IMG/VR virus record: IMGVR_UViG_3300031884_000002
Span: 289,773-353,772 of that record
DNA length: 64,000 nucleotides
Direction: 5' to 3' (one strand)
Position numbers and translations under genes: made by a program. Position 1 is the first letter of the stretch. Every line of letters starts with the position of its first letter. This document shows positions 19,476 through 30,427 of this stretch, piece by piece. The notes beneath the pieces were generated by a model. That model saw only the letters and a program-made list of their open reading frames with translations. It was not told the origin of the DNA and made no database searches.

Positions 19476-22196
19476 TTAAAAGTCTATTCTCATTAAAATA
19501 TTCAAAGGAACATTATTTCCATTTTTAATTGGAACTCCCAATTTACCTATTGCCACGAGTTGAAGATTATTATCATATAATCCAACCGCTGAAATATAAG
19601 GAGCCAAATAACTTCCAGTAGGATTTTGCTCCACCTGTTGATTATAGTTAAAAAAGTTAGGATTAATCATAGGCAAATTATTTTTACCAGATAATCCATC
19701 TAAATAAGTTAATACATCGGCTAAATTTTGACGACTGGAGTTTGGGGTAGTGTATTTATTGTAATTATTTCCAAATAAACGATTACTAAAATACTTCCAC
19801 AAAATATTCATATCTTTAATATCAATTACATTATCTCCGTTAATATCGAGATCGGTTTGAATTGATGTATTTTGGAAATCCCATATAGGAATATATTGAA
19901 TTACTTGTTGATTTATATATGAGGTATTCCACGTTGAAAGCGAAGTATAATAATTATATAAACTTATTTCATCATCATTTATAAGAACGGATGAACTCCA
20001 ATCAGTAGAATATGATAATCCTAATGCTTGGTTGTTTTTATATTTCATATATCTCATTAAAGTGTCCAAATCTTCAAAATCAAATGTTCCATTTTGATTT
20101 AAATCAAAAATTGAAATTGGAACTTGAATAGCCGTAGGATTTGTACTTACATTAAACTCGCTGGGGTTTATATTACATATTACTTGTTTTTCATAAATTG
20201 TATTTTGACCAGCAAAGTTTAAATTGTAGGAATAATTGGTTTGTCCGAATAATTCATCAAATATTGAACCAGAAGTCATCAATACTATATTTCCATTTCT
20301 ATAAAATGAATTTCCAATATGAAATGTTTCTTTAAGATTTGGAAAATTATAAATAAATGCTTTTCCGCAAATATCATCCAATACATAATATTGGCTCTGA
20401 GTAACTTGTATATTGATTATTCGATTAGCATCTGACATTATTATAGGTGCGCCTAATACCATTGAAAAACTTCCAATTGAAACATTATTTCCGACTGAAC
20501 GATACGGACTTAAATATTCTTTTTTACGTTGATAAACGTTCAATATGTCCCATGTATTATTGGTTTCTTGAATTAACAAACATTGACCACTCAATGAGTT
20601 TAATATTGACGAATCACATTCATGTAATTGAAATATTGTATTTCCGATATAACTAGATGACAAACTTAATTGATTATTTTTAGGGCATCCTGCTATTACA
20701 TTCGTATCCCATATATCAACTGAATATCCCAAATTGTTATTAGTTATAGTATTTTCATTTCCGTATGTTTTATATGCTAATTCAAAAAATGAAGATGATG
20801 CGTTACATTTGTTATAAATTGAAACCGATCCTTGATAATATAATGAAGACCCCGAAAACTCATATACGGTTCTATCTAAATATTCTCCTATTACTACAAC
20901 ATCTCCAAATGTAGAAACCGAATATCCAAATCCACTTCCGCTTGTCGTGCCAGCATTCCTACTTTCACTATAAGGTAAATAGTTATTAAAAGTTAATGGA
21001 TATTGTGTATAGTCTGGAGTAAATGTATATTCCAATTTCCATATCGATCCAGTTAATTCATAATAATATACCTGAGTGGAAGTTATGTTACCACAACCTA
21101 TAACTAATCTCCCAGATGGAGTATTACTGTCTTTATTTAATTTAATACTATTTCCAAACAAACTTCCTGATTTTGTTCCATATATAGATTGATATAAGGT
21201 CCACGTATTACTTACAAATTGATATAAATACACAGTTCCACTTCCGTTATTTTCAAGTGGAGATCCAACCGCTGCCCAAGTTCCATTTATAGCAACCGAA
21301 GTACCAAATGATCCGGTGCTTATGGTTGGATTTGGGTTTGGAAATACTGCAACTATGTTATCATACGATGAGGTCGAGTTAACAACTTCTAAATCTAGTA
21401 TATATACTTTAGATCCAACTGTACTTACTGATGTAACTCCTGAAAAATTAGTCATTTGATTATAAGAAGGACATCCTATAATTAAATTAGCATTATATAA
21501 ATCTATAGATTTTCCAAACGTATTATTATAATCATATGAACTTTGTTCGAGTCCCAGTGCTACAGTTCCGTTGGTAGAACTTAAAGTTAAATATTCGCTT
21601 CCTAGTGATCCATTTACCGATATTGTATATAACAAACTAGAAGTTGAATCATATATTAAAGGAGAAGTTAAAATATATGGATTGCTATTAGTTCCTATAT
21701 AAGTAACGGACAATGATTCGTGTCCCAATGTTCCAACTACATTTAAATTATAATATGCTTGCAATGCCGAATTATATAATTGAACTATTGATGCTGTAGA
21801 TGATCCTGTTACATTTAAATTTATAGATTCGGCTCCTACTGTTCCTATAATAGATATTGCATAATTTAATCCTGTAGAACTGTTATATAATGAAAATGGA
21901 GTTGCAGTATTTAGTCCATTATTAAGTTCAGTATGAATTGGAACTCTATACGTAACATCCGATCCAGTTTCTGCTGCCAATACTACTTGAATAACATCCA
22001 TCGGACGATATAACGTATTGATTAAATCATGTTGGTCTGTGCCTTTATTATATAGATAGTAATCTACTGAACTAGTGTGATATACAGTCGGATTTGCAAA
22101 ACTATATAGCATAAAATCGGGATTGGATATAGCTACATAATTATCATATGTTGTAGTCGATATTCCGTAGTTTGAATTGTTTATTGTAGTATACAT
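19476..22196 (-). CDS. Virion structural protein with FG-GAP/beta-propeller repeats and two EF-hand/dockerin-like loops
   Basis: Repeats FGKSIDL, FGTSVAING..AAVGSP, FGYSVSTFGD, LGYSVDI; loops DLNQNGTFDFED and DINGDNVIDIKD; C-terminal YISAVGLYDNNLQLVAIGKL. Confidence 0.75.
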   Translation of the reverse strand: MYTTINNSNYGISTTTYDNYVAISNPDFMLYSFANPTVYHTSSVDYYLYNKGTDQHDLINTLYRPMDVIQVVLAAETGSDVTYRVPIHTELNNGLNTATPFSLYNSSTGLNYAISIIGTVGAESINLNVTGSSTASIVQLYNSALQAYYNLNVVGTLGHESLSVTYIGTNSNPYILTSPLIYDSTSSLLYTISVNGSLGSEYLTLSSTNGTVALGLEQSSYDYNNTFGKSIDLYNANLIIGCPSYNQMTNFSGVTSVSTVGSKVYILDLEVVNSTSSYDNIVAVFPNPNPTISTGSFGTSVAINGTWAAVGSPLENNGSGTVYLYQFVSNTWTLYQSIYGTKSGSLFGNSIKLNKDSNTPSGRLVIGCGNITSTQVYYYELTGSIWKLEYTFTPDYTQYPLTFNNYLPYSESRNAGTTSGSGFGYSVSTFGDVVVIGEYLDRTVYEFSGSSLYYQGSVSIYNKCNASSSFFELAYKTYGNENTITNNNLGYSVDIWDTNVIAGCPKNNQLSLSSSYIGNTIFQLHECDSSILNSLSGQCLLIQETNNTWDILNVYQRKKEYLSPYRSVGNNVSIGSFSMVLGAPIIMSDANRIINIQVTQSQYYVLDDICGKAFIYNFPNLKETFHIGNSFYRNGNIVLMTSGSIFDELFGQTNYSYNLNFAGQNTIYEKQVICNINPSEFNVSTNPTAIQVPISIFDLNQNGTFDFEDLDTLMRYMKYKNNQALGLSYSTDWSSSVLINDDEISLYNYYTSLSTWNTSYINQQVIQYIPIWDFQNTSIQTDLDINGDNVIDIKDMNILWKYFSNRLFGNNYNKYTTPNSSRQNLADVLTYLDGLSGKNNLPMINPNFFNYNQQVEQNPTGSYLAPYISAVGLYDNNLQLVAIGKLGVPIKNGNNVPLNILMRIDF

Positions 22197-23288
22197 TTAT
22201 ATTGAAAGTCCAAAATTAGCAAATACGTTTATACTTTGGGTCACGGATACATTGGTTCTTGGATTTTGTATAGATCCATCCGTCCAATTTTCGAAATAAT
22301 AACTTGCACTTGGAATTGCAGTTACGGATGTTCCATTTCCACCATACGCTACAAGTTGGGAAAGACTTCCAGATACAGTTCCTCCGAAATTAGCATTATA
22401 ATTTAAATTAAAATACGAAGTTCCAAAACTTGCAGTTACACTAATATTATTAACAACTCCTGTATCTATTCTTGGATTTTGTGTTGATGTATCGCTCCAT
22501 TTAACAAAACTATAACCTGTATTCGGAATTGCAGTTATCGGAGTTCCAGATAACCCAAGAATTACAGACTGAGTTAATATTCCAGTTAAAGCTCCATATG
22601 AACTTGCAGTATAAGCCAACGAACATGAAATTATACTTCCTGTTAATATTGTATTTCCAAATGATCTAACTTCTTGTATTCTATAAAATATATTCGTTCC
22701 AACTGTAATGTTATCATATCCATCATCAGTTATAATAACATTATCATCTATATTTAGATCGGTTAATGATATACTAAAAGGAACAAGTTGGTCTCCAAAC
22801 ACAGTTGGAGATATATTAAAAATCAAAAAATTATTGGCTAAATATCTATATGTTTTAGATAACCCGAAATCTATATTGTCCAGTCCTAATATTTTTAATG
22901 GATTTTTATATTTATTATAAAATAAGTTTGATATTTCATTATAAACTAATCGTTTATAAGTTCCATCTGAGTTTTGATCGTCACTGGTATTAAATGGAGT
23001 ATTAACATATTCTCCTTCTCGAATGGTAATTCTAGAATCGGGAGTTGCTTCTAATGCTATCGAACAACTATAATTTTCTAATATTGGACCAGTTCCACTA
23101 TAATTGAAATAATCGAGATATTCCAATGCCATAGTATTAAGAGACGGATTATTGTCATATTGTGCTCCAAGTGGAACCGATGCGGTATCTAAAAGAATTA
23201 AATCAGTATCTGTATTATTCAAACTCCATTGTACGTTGGATACAATCGGAGTAACCATAATATTTTGAGGATTTAAAATCTTAATCAT
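22197..23288 (-). CDS. Virion structural protein with two C-terminal InlB B-repeat-like domains
   Basis: Repeated TAIP.GY.F..WSD.STQNPR...V..NISVTASF units. Confidence 0.7.
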   Translation of the reverse strand: MIKILNPQNIMVTPIVSNVQWSLNNTDTDLILLDTASVPLGAQYDNNPSLNTMALEYLDYFNYSGTGPILENYSCSIALEATPDSRITIREGEYVNTPFNTSDDQNSDGTYKRLVYNEISNLFYNKYKNPLKILGLDNIDFGLSKTYRYLANNFLIFNISPTVFGDQLVPFSISLTDLNIDDNVIITDDGYDNITVGTNIFYRIQEVRSFGNTILTGSIISCSLAYTASSYGALTGILTQSVILGLSGTPITAIPNTGYSFVKWSDTSTQNPRIDTGVVNNISVTASFGTSYFNLNYNANFGGTVSGSLSQLVAYGGNGTSVTAIPSASYYFENWTDGSIQNPRTNVSVTQSINVFANFGLSI

Positions 23289-23355
23289 TGTAAATATAAA
23301 TATCTCATATCAAATGAAATATTATAGACGAAACAACTTATATGAAAACTATAGA

Positions 23356-24459
23356 TTATGTATTGATTTGAACTTTTATCAAAAGTTCAGAATTAAATGA
23401 TTTTACGGCTGGTTTACTCAATTTCGCAACTGCCACCAATTCATTCGAACTATTATATAATCCAATTGTTGTGATATACGTCTGTGGATTTGATATGAAA
23501 TCAGAGTTATAAATGAGTCCTTGGGCATGAACTCCATCAGTTCCGTCATATACAAATGTAGGATTATTGCTATAATTAAATAGCTGGTTCATAACTCTTA
23601 CATAATATTGAGAAGATGGAACATATTCACTTTGTTGAGCGGTAAATGCGCTATTTGCCAAGTTTAATGATAAAAATAAAACTTCATGATTTACTGTATA
23701 ATCTACAGGAGATACATTTGGAGAATACGTCCATATAGAGTTTCCATTTAAATTTGTAAGTCCCACTATACTTGAAATTACACTTGCATTTAATACAATT
23801 ATTCCAGATGCAGGATAAAATACTCCAATTCCTTGATAGTTAGGAGTTGTTGGCAAACTGTTCAATGACCCAGATATTATTTGATATGCAGTCTGAACGG
23901 TCGAATTATAAGGAGAATCATCAATAAAGGTAAACATTCCATTAGATCCACTTAGGCTAAATTGTATTCCTCCTGCATTAACATTGTCTTTCATTTTATA
24001 TGATGAAAATGCGATTACGAATATATCATTAGCAGAAATGGTACTACTTCCAGTATTCATTGTGAATGTTGCGCTTGCATTTAAGCTGGATAATAAAAGA
24101 TTTTTATATTCAGTATAAATTGCCTTTGCTGGAAATACATTTGAAGAACTTATATCGGAACCATATGATCCACTTCCATATTCGCCTGAAATATTTCCAT
24201 AACTTATTGAAAAATAAGGGTCATTGTTATTATATTCATTAGAAGTTGGAAATACATTTAAATAATACGCAGTTCTTCTAATATCATACACCGAAGTTCC
24301 ATATGATGGATTTCCAACAGAACCAGTTAATGAATAATAATCATTAACCATAATGCTTTGACTTATAGAAGTTCCATTATTAGGCCAGATACCACTGGTT
24401 ACTCTTAATGTTCTTCCTGATACTATATCGGTATTTGGATTAAATGGGGTGAATATCAT
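23356..24459 (-). CDS. Tail/baseplate structural protein
   Basis: C-terminal YITTIGLYNSSNELVAVAKLSKP motif, shared with the 19476-22196 protein. Confidence 0.7.
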   Translation of the reverse strand: MIFTPFNPNTDIVSGRTLRVTSGIWPNNGTSISQSIMVNDYYSLTGSVGNPSYGTSVYDIRRTAYYLNVFPTSNEYNNNDPYFSISYGNISGEYGSGSYGSDISSSNVFPAKAIYTEYKNLLLSSLNASATFTMNTGSSTISANDIFVIAFSSYKMKDNVNAGGIQFSLSGSNGMFTFIDDSPYNSTVQTAYQIISGSLNSLPTTPNYQGIGVFYPASGIIVLNASVISSIVGLTNLNGNSIWTYSPNVSPVDYTVNHEVLFLSLNLANSAFTAQQSEYVPSSQYYVRVMNQLFNYSNNPTFVYDGTDGVHAQGLIYNSDFISNPQTYITTIGLYNSSNELVAVAKLSKPAVKSFNSELLIKVQINT

Positions 24460-24461
24460 AA

Positions 24462-25094
24462 TTAAGATTTAGGAACAGTTACAGTTACTTCAATTGCATT
24501 AGAAGCTCCGGAATCATTTCCAATTATTGTTAAGTTAGTAGTAGTAGTTACTGATAAACTGCTATTTGGTATAAATTGAAATACGTTTCCAACTACTGTT
24601 TGAGAACTTATAGTATTTATATTTCCAACTGATGAAGGAATAATATTAGATGGTGTATTGGTCGAGTTTGCTTGTTGAACTATTAAAGTTCCAACATTTT
24701 TATTTCCCAATACTAAAGTATATCCATCTTGTAAATCATATGCTGGAGTAGTTGAAGGTGTAATTGTAACGGTTCCTCCATAAGTACTAGCAACTACAAT
24801 ATTTGGCTGAGATACAGATATAACAGGAATTGAGGTAACTCCCTGAGTTAAACTAACTAATTTATGTTTTAACATCTGGCTTTCATCCGTAAGAGGTTCC
24901 ATAACTGGAGTATTTCTAAGTGCCAAATCATTAAATGTTGTATTTCCTCCATTTTGATAGAGGGTATAATCAATTTCATCATCGGATAATGCAAATGATG
25001 TTATATTTATATTTCCGTTTTGAGCCAGCAATTCTCTTCCTCGTTTGGTTAAAATTGCCTGAACTGTAATGGTAGTATTATCTAAAAATGCCAT
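24462..25094 (-). CDS. Tail/baseplate structural protein
   Basis: MAFLDN...AILTKRGRELLA...ITSFALSDDEIDY motif typical of huge-phage baseplate genes. Confidence 0.7.
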   Translation of the reverse strand: MAFLDNTTITVQAILTKRGRELLAQNGNINITSFALSDDEIDYTLYQNGGNTTFNDLALRNTPVMEPLTDESQMLKHKLVSLTQGVTSIPVISVSQPNIVVASTYGGTVTITPSTTPAYDLQDGYTLVLGNKNVGTLIVQQANSTNTPSNIIPSSVGNINTISSQTVVGNVFQFIPNSSLSVTTTTNLTIIGNDSGASNAIEVTVTVPKS

Positions 25095-25144
25095 ATTATT
25101 TATTTTTGTTATTCTTTATATACATATTGGAAAAAATACATTTT

Positions 25145-28100
25145 TTACGATTTAATTGCGGCGAATTTTAAAGTTGCAGGAAATGGGTCTATTACAGTTC
25201 CCAATCCAATTGTGCTATATCCATACGATGTAGGATATCCACGAGTACTTCCATCTGGATTAAATCCAAGTTGAGTTCCCGCTGCCACCACTCCTTTTCC
25301 AATTATAGATTTTAACGAATATAATTCGGGTAATGTTGCTGGTCTATATCCTTGAGATGCTAATTGATATACTACCTGTTCTTCTGTTATATTTCCTGTG
25401 AATACACTGTTTAAATTGAATATTGACATTGTAATTCCAAACGAACCAGTTCTATTAAATATAGACGAATATCCATTGGCATTTGATTCGGTTATAAATT
25501 GATTATAATTACATGATCCAGTTACAATTTGCGATGCACTTATGAATGACGAGCTTCCTGATATTGTGGTACTTGATACACTTCCAGTTATCCATATATT
25601 GGTAACTGTAACGGGGCATCCTGTATTTATTACAGTAGGAGGAACTAATGAATATAATTTTGAAGTAGTATAGGTTGAGTTAGTTACTGAGTTAAATGAA
25701 CGATATGCCGAGAAAATATGTTGTCCGTGAGATTTATGATTTCTAGGAGTCCCCGAAACTATTTCAAAATATGTTTGACTATCCACTTGAATCGAAGAAT
25801 TATAAACATTCGGTACTATTGTAGGTACTAATTTTACATTATTTACGATTGAATTAGGAAAATTTTTAAATGTGTTCTGATAATGTTGCCAGCCTATAAA
25901 TGAAGTTCCGCTGAATATTTTATCAGTAACATAACTTGGGTCGGAATTTACTATAGATGAGGTATATACTAGTTTATTATAAGTTGAAGGAGATACCTTG
26001 ATATATTTAGATAAATATATTGATGAACTTGTTATATTTTCTTTTATATCTCCTAAATATGGAATTGTATATTTAGTCCACTGTTTGAGGGGATAATATG
26101 ATGCCGATGGAAAATATCCATTTAATATTTTTCCATTAGGAAGTATACCCAATCCTAACTGTATATCATCAGGAGAATATGAAATATAATTGTTTTCAAC
26201 ATACGTGGATGTTAATGCATCTGCATTCAGTTCCACTTCAAAATCATACGGAGTTAATCCTGCCATTCCATATGTAACATTTCCGGCTGGAACATAACAA
26301 TATGAACTTGACAAATCCACTAATAATTGTAAAGATTCGCTGGTATTTAATGATGATTGTATTTCTTGATATTGATATTTTGGTCGTTCTATTATAGTAG
26401 GAGATATCAATATTCCTTCAAATGTATTAGTTCTCGCTGGTATTAATTGTTTTATTGATTCGAATACTGACGGTGGAAAATATAAACGATAAATTGTCAT
26501 TAACTCATTAAACAGAGTTACTTGTGTTTTACTCTGAATCCCCGCTATGTAACTCCTCTGAAGTGTTAATAATTCTGGATATTGAGATTCAAATCTATTA
26601 GATGGATCGGAAATTGAACTCATTAAATCATAAGTTCCAAGCTGTCTAACTATATCTTTATTTTTAAAATCTTGAGGGTCAACAAATATACCCAATTGAT
26701 TAGATGACGGAAATCTAGGAGTGGTCGTAAATGAAGATGGTGAATTATTATCCAATCGACATAATAATTCTTGATCTATTTTTGTTATTTTATTATTATT
26801 GAATAGATTTGGACCATAATTAGATAATCCTACTTCATTCTCGTATTCTATGGCATTGAATTGATATGGATATATAGGAACCGGAGTATAATTACAAGAT
26901 GCAGAATTGTATATCGATGATGTATATGCACCGACCCATGCATTTGAACTAGTTAATGCGTTTGAATACCAATTATTTGCATTCATCCAATAAATACTTT
27001 GACTAACATTAAATGGATAATCTACATGCATTCTAAATAATAGATTAGTATAATTAGAACCGGAATCATTGGCATATGAGTTTATATTATTAGCATAATC
27101 TATGAACTTATCATTGGAAATTGCATTTGTAAATATTTCTAATTTATCAAATGAACCATTAAGTGGTTCACTATTCCAAGGTAAGAACCATCCTCCGATT
27201 ACAATTCTAGTAGATACATTTCCATCGAATATGGTATTGATAGATGGGTTATAAGCAATATATGAAGACGTTGAACTGACATATGTATATCCGTCATCAT
27301 TTCTCTGTACGATTAAATCATATTGACGAGGAACTATATCCAAATTAGTAGTAGATTCAAAATTGGAATCTATATCATTTCTTCTAATTAACACGCTATA
27401 TACATTTCCGTCAAATAATGGTATCTCATCTGATACAAGTGTAAAGTATTCATGTCCTTTATATCCTACTCTGAAATAAATATTAGCACCGGTAGAAGAT
27501 TCTGTTTTTATAAATCCAGTCGCCCATTCTCCCGACCCAGATAAACTAGAAGAAGTTGGATATTTTCCACTTCCGCTTGAATTGATAGTTCCGAATAAAA
27601 TATTATTATCTCCAGTATTATAATACTCTGGATTATTAAATAATAATTTATACATGAACGAATTAACATTTCCAGTTCCATTATATATTCCATTTAATGA
27701 AAACATGTCATTTGGGTAACTTTGATTCCACGAATACATGTAAGCTTGTTCTGTAAATGTATAACTTCCACTAAAAGTTGAAGCATATCCTCCATATTCA
27801 CGAATATTTAACAATGATGCAGGAATACCATAACATGTTAATAATGCATTAACCGAAGCTTCTGTTCCTTTAGTTTTATAAATTAATGGAAGATTTTCCA
27901 ATACTCTGGATTGAATCAATTTGGTTTGGTCCGATAAACTGGATAGACTCGATGAACTTGGTAAATAATACGAAGCTATAGAAGTGTCTGTTAAAATATC
28001 ATTAACATTCCACCCTAATTCATTTAACACCGTGTTTAACATATCAAGTGTAAGGAGATTTATGTCTCCTCCTAATTTAGAAGATGGAATATTTGATATA

Positions 28101-29911
28101 TACAACCGTATATTATCAAAAAAATGACCTATCATAGAGATGAATATTATGTAATCATCATTATTAGAATCGTGTAGAATATAAGCTGGAGTATTTTTTA
28201 CAAAACTATCATTGTTAGTTTTGTCATATTGGGTGGCTAAATAATCATTTTGTTTAACTATATCGGTATATACAAATGTTCCATTTTGTATGGCATAATT
28301 TCCGGAATTATATAAATAAGATTCATATCCATCAAATGAGTTTATTATACAGGTTGAACTGTCTGTTAATGTAGTTAATTCTTCTGTATAGTATGGATAC
28401 GTGGTATTATTATTTAATATAAAGTTTTGATTTTTTAAATTTAATTCGGCTATACTATTTTGAATATTATTTAATTGTATTGCTTTATTTTTAAATATTT
28501 TTAATCTTATTTCAGCCGATGAATACACTACAAAATTATAAAAGTTAGAATAATCAATATTTAATTCATTTATTTTTTTATTAAGGTTTATGTTTTGTTG
28601 AGTAGTAGCATCAATCAAGAAATCATTTCCAGAATATTTTTTATTTTCTATTGGTTTAACTTTTGTTTTATCTTCTGCAAAAAAATCAGGTTTACCTATA
28701 GTAACTAAAACTGGACTTGAAGTTTCGTTTATAGAGGTTTGTAATATAATAGGAACAAATGAAATATTTGAAATCCAACATGTATTTAATACTGAAAAAA
28801 TATTGGATAATGGAGATTTTAATTTTATAATTAAAGATTGACTTCCATCCGTTTCGTAAAATAATCCCTGATTTAAAATAGGAATTAACGTATTATTTCC
28901 AAAGTTTAATGAATTATTTAATGAAGAATAATAAATATTATTATATGATGTTTTAATCAATTCGGATATTGATATATAATAATATTTATATATTAAATCA
29001 ATTATAAATTGTTGCGAAGACGCATAAGTAGAGTTATAATTAAAACTAGAGCATCTGTCTGATACAATTGAAATTACTATATTAAAAAATATTAAATCCA
29101 ACTGGTCAAATGAACTTACAGATGAAATGTTATTTATTAAATAATTGAAAAATGTAGTTTTTATTCCTTGGTTAATTGTAACTTTTGACTTATCGTATTT
29201 GTATACATCTTCATATAAATTGGTTATAAAATCTATGAGAGCAGAATCACTTCCTAATGAGGGAATTGATTCTAATATGTTAATATCATTTGAATATGAA
29301 GATTTTAACCTCTCAAACAATTGAATAGCCGGAAACTTTGATAATTTGTTTATATATTCTTGATAAACTTCATTTATAGAAACTTGAAATTGTCCGAATT
29401 TCTGAATCGATTGTATAAGGTCCGAAGTTTGTCCTGATAATTTTAATTCAGTTCTACTAGGAGAAATCTGTTTAATCACCAATTGATTATTATACGAGCC
29501 AACTACATTTCTAACCATGTTATAGACTAAATAGTTACTTCCGGTTTCATAATATCCTATAGTGGTTAAATCGGAACTTGGATTTACTAATAATTTTGAA
29601 TTGTCATATATCCTAAACTTATTAGTAGTTTGATATGAATTAGCCGATACTGGAATATTTAAGTAGTTTAAATATATCAACGATGATGTATTATTTACTT
29701 CAGACCCTGTTATTATTCCCCATCCAAGTTGAGTCTGATTTAAGTCCCATATGCTTAATTCTACTACATCTGAGTTTGATAACCCATACCATATGTTATT
29801 ACTTCCTGTTTTCCAGCTCAATAAAGATAAATCGGAAGTTGATAAATATGAACCATTTGCCATTCCTACTTGAGAAATTGACATGGTTGAATTATACGAG
29901 TTAAATATCAT
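25145..29911 (-). CDS. Large baseplate/tail structural protein (1588 aa)
   Basis: IYKTKGT..S...LLTCYGIP..LLNIREYGG motif and KQLIPART; structural module context. Confidence 0.75.
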   Translation of the reverse strand: MIFNSYNSTMSISQVGMANGSYLSTSDLSLLSWKTGSNNIWYGLSNSDVVELSIWDLNQTQLGWGIITGSEVNNTSSLIYLNYLNIPVSANSYQTTNKFRIYDNSKLLVNPSSDLTTIGYYETGSNYLVYNMVRNVVGSYNNQLVIKQISPSRTELKLSGQTSDLIQSIQKFGQFQVSINEVYQEYINKLSKFPAIQLFERLKSSYSNDINILESIPSLGSDSALIDFITNLYEDVYKYDKSKVTINQGIKTTFFNYLINNISSVSSFDQLDLIFFNIVISIVSDRCSSFNYNSTYASSQQFIIDLIYKYYYISISELIKTSYNNIYYSSLNNSLNFGNNTLIPILNQGLFYETDGSQSLIIKLKSPLSNIFSVLNTCWISNISFVPIILQTSINETSSPVLVTIGKPDFFAEDKTKVKPIENKKYSGNDFLIDATTQQNINLNKKINELNIDYSNFYNFVVYSSAEIRLKIFKNKAIQLNNIQNSIAELNLKNQNFILNNNTTYPYYTEELTTLTDSSTCIINSFDGYESYLYNSGNYAIQNGTFVYTDIVKQNDYLATQYDKTNNDSFVKNTPAYILHDSNNDDYIIFISMIGHFFDNIRLYISNIPSSKLGGDINLLTLDMLNTVLNELGWNVNDILTDTSIASYYLPSSSSLSSLSDQTKLIQSRVLENLPLIYKTKGTEASVNALLTCYGIPASLLNIREYGGYASTFSGSYTFTEQAYMYSWNQSYPNDMFSLNGIYNGTGNVNSFMYKLLFNNPEYYNTGDNNILFGTINSSGSGKYPTSSSLSGSGEWATGFIKTESSTGANIYFRVGYKGHEYFTLVSDEIPLFDGNVYSVLIRRNDIDSNFESTTNLDIVPRQYDLIVQRNDDGYTYVSSTSSYIAYNPSINTIFDGNVSTRIVIGGWFLPWNSEPLNGSFDKLEIFTNAISNDKFIDYANNINSYANDSGSNYTNLLFRMHVDYPFNVSQSIYWMNANNWYSNALTSSNAWVGAYTSSIYNSASCNYTPVPIYPYQFNAIEYENEVGLSNYGPNLFNNNKITKIDQELLCRLDNNSPSSFTTTPRFPSSNQLGIFVDPQDFKNKDIVRQLGTYDLMSSISDPSNRFESQYPELLTLQRSYIAGIQSKTQVTLFNELMTIYRLYFPPSVFESIKQLIPARTNTFEGILISPTIIERPKYQYQEIQSSLNTSESLQLLVDLSSSYCYVPAGNVTYGMAGLTPYDFEVELNADALTSTYVENNYISYSPDDIQLGLGILPNGKILNGYFPSASYYPLKQWTKYTIPYLGDIKENITSSSIYLSKYIKVSPSTYNKLVYTSSIVNSDPSYVTDKIFSGTSFIGWQHYQNTFKNFPNSIVNNVKLVPTIVPNVYNSSIQVDSQTYFEIVSGTPRNHKSHGQHIFSAYRSFNSVTNSTYTTSKLYSLVPPTVINTGCPVTVTNIWITGSVSSTTISGSSSFISASQIVTGSCNYNQFITESNANGYSSIFNRTGSFGITMSIFNLNSVFTGNITEEQVVYQLASQGYRPATLPELYSLKSIIGKGVVAAGTQLGFNPDGSTRGYPTSYGYSTIGLGTVIDPFPATLKFAAIKS

Positions 29912-30393
29912 GACGTGAATGTTGGTTGTGTCATTTTAGTGGTTGATAGGCTTGATGACAATGGCGAATATGGAAATATATTTGAGAAATCAGAAGAAAC
30001 ATATCCTTGTCCCAGTGCTATTCGTAAGTTTATAATGACTTGACGATTAGCCTGTAAATCGGCAGATGTACTTCCCGTTGTTTGTGATGTCATTATATCA
30101 TTTAATTGCGTTTCTAATGATGATGTAATTGCGTTTAATTGTGATATTTGAGTGTTTAAATCTTGTATGCTGAGTGATGAAGTTAGAGGAATTGATATAA
30201 ACTCTGTGAATTGTATGGGATAATATGTTTCTATACTTGACGTATTATATACGGATGTTTGTAATGGAATTGGGATATAATTTTGATTAAAATTAGAAGA
30301 ACTTCCATTCAAATAAATATTGCCACCATCGTCAATTTGAGGAACTAGTATACCATTATTTAAAAAGTCGTTGATTTGTATTGAAAAATCCAT
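29908..30393 (-). CDS. Hypothetical structural protein
   Basis: 161-aa ORF with a short coiled coil, coupled to the adjacent gene. Confidence 0.7.
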   Translation of the reverse strand: MDFSIQINDFLNNGILVPQIDDGGNIYLNGSSSNFNQNYIPIPLQTSVYNTSSIETYYPIQFTEFISIPLTSSLSIQDLNTQISQLNAITSSLETQLNDIMTSQTTGSTSADLQANRQVIINLRIALGQGYVSSDFSNIFPYSPLSSSLSTTKMTQPTFTS

Positions 30394-30427
30394 ACATATA
30401 CATATATTTGATATGGATTTTTCTGTT

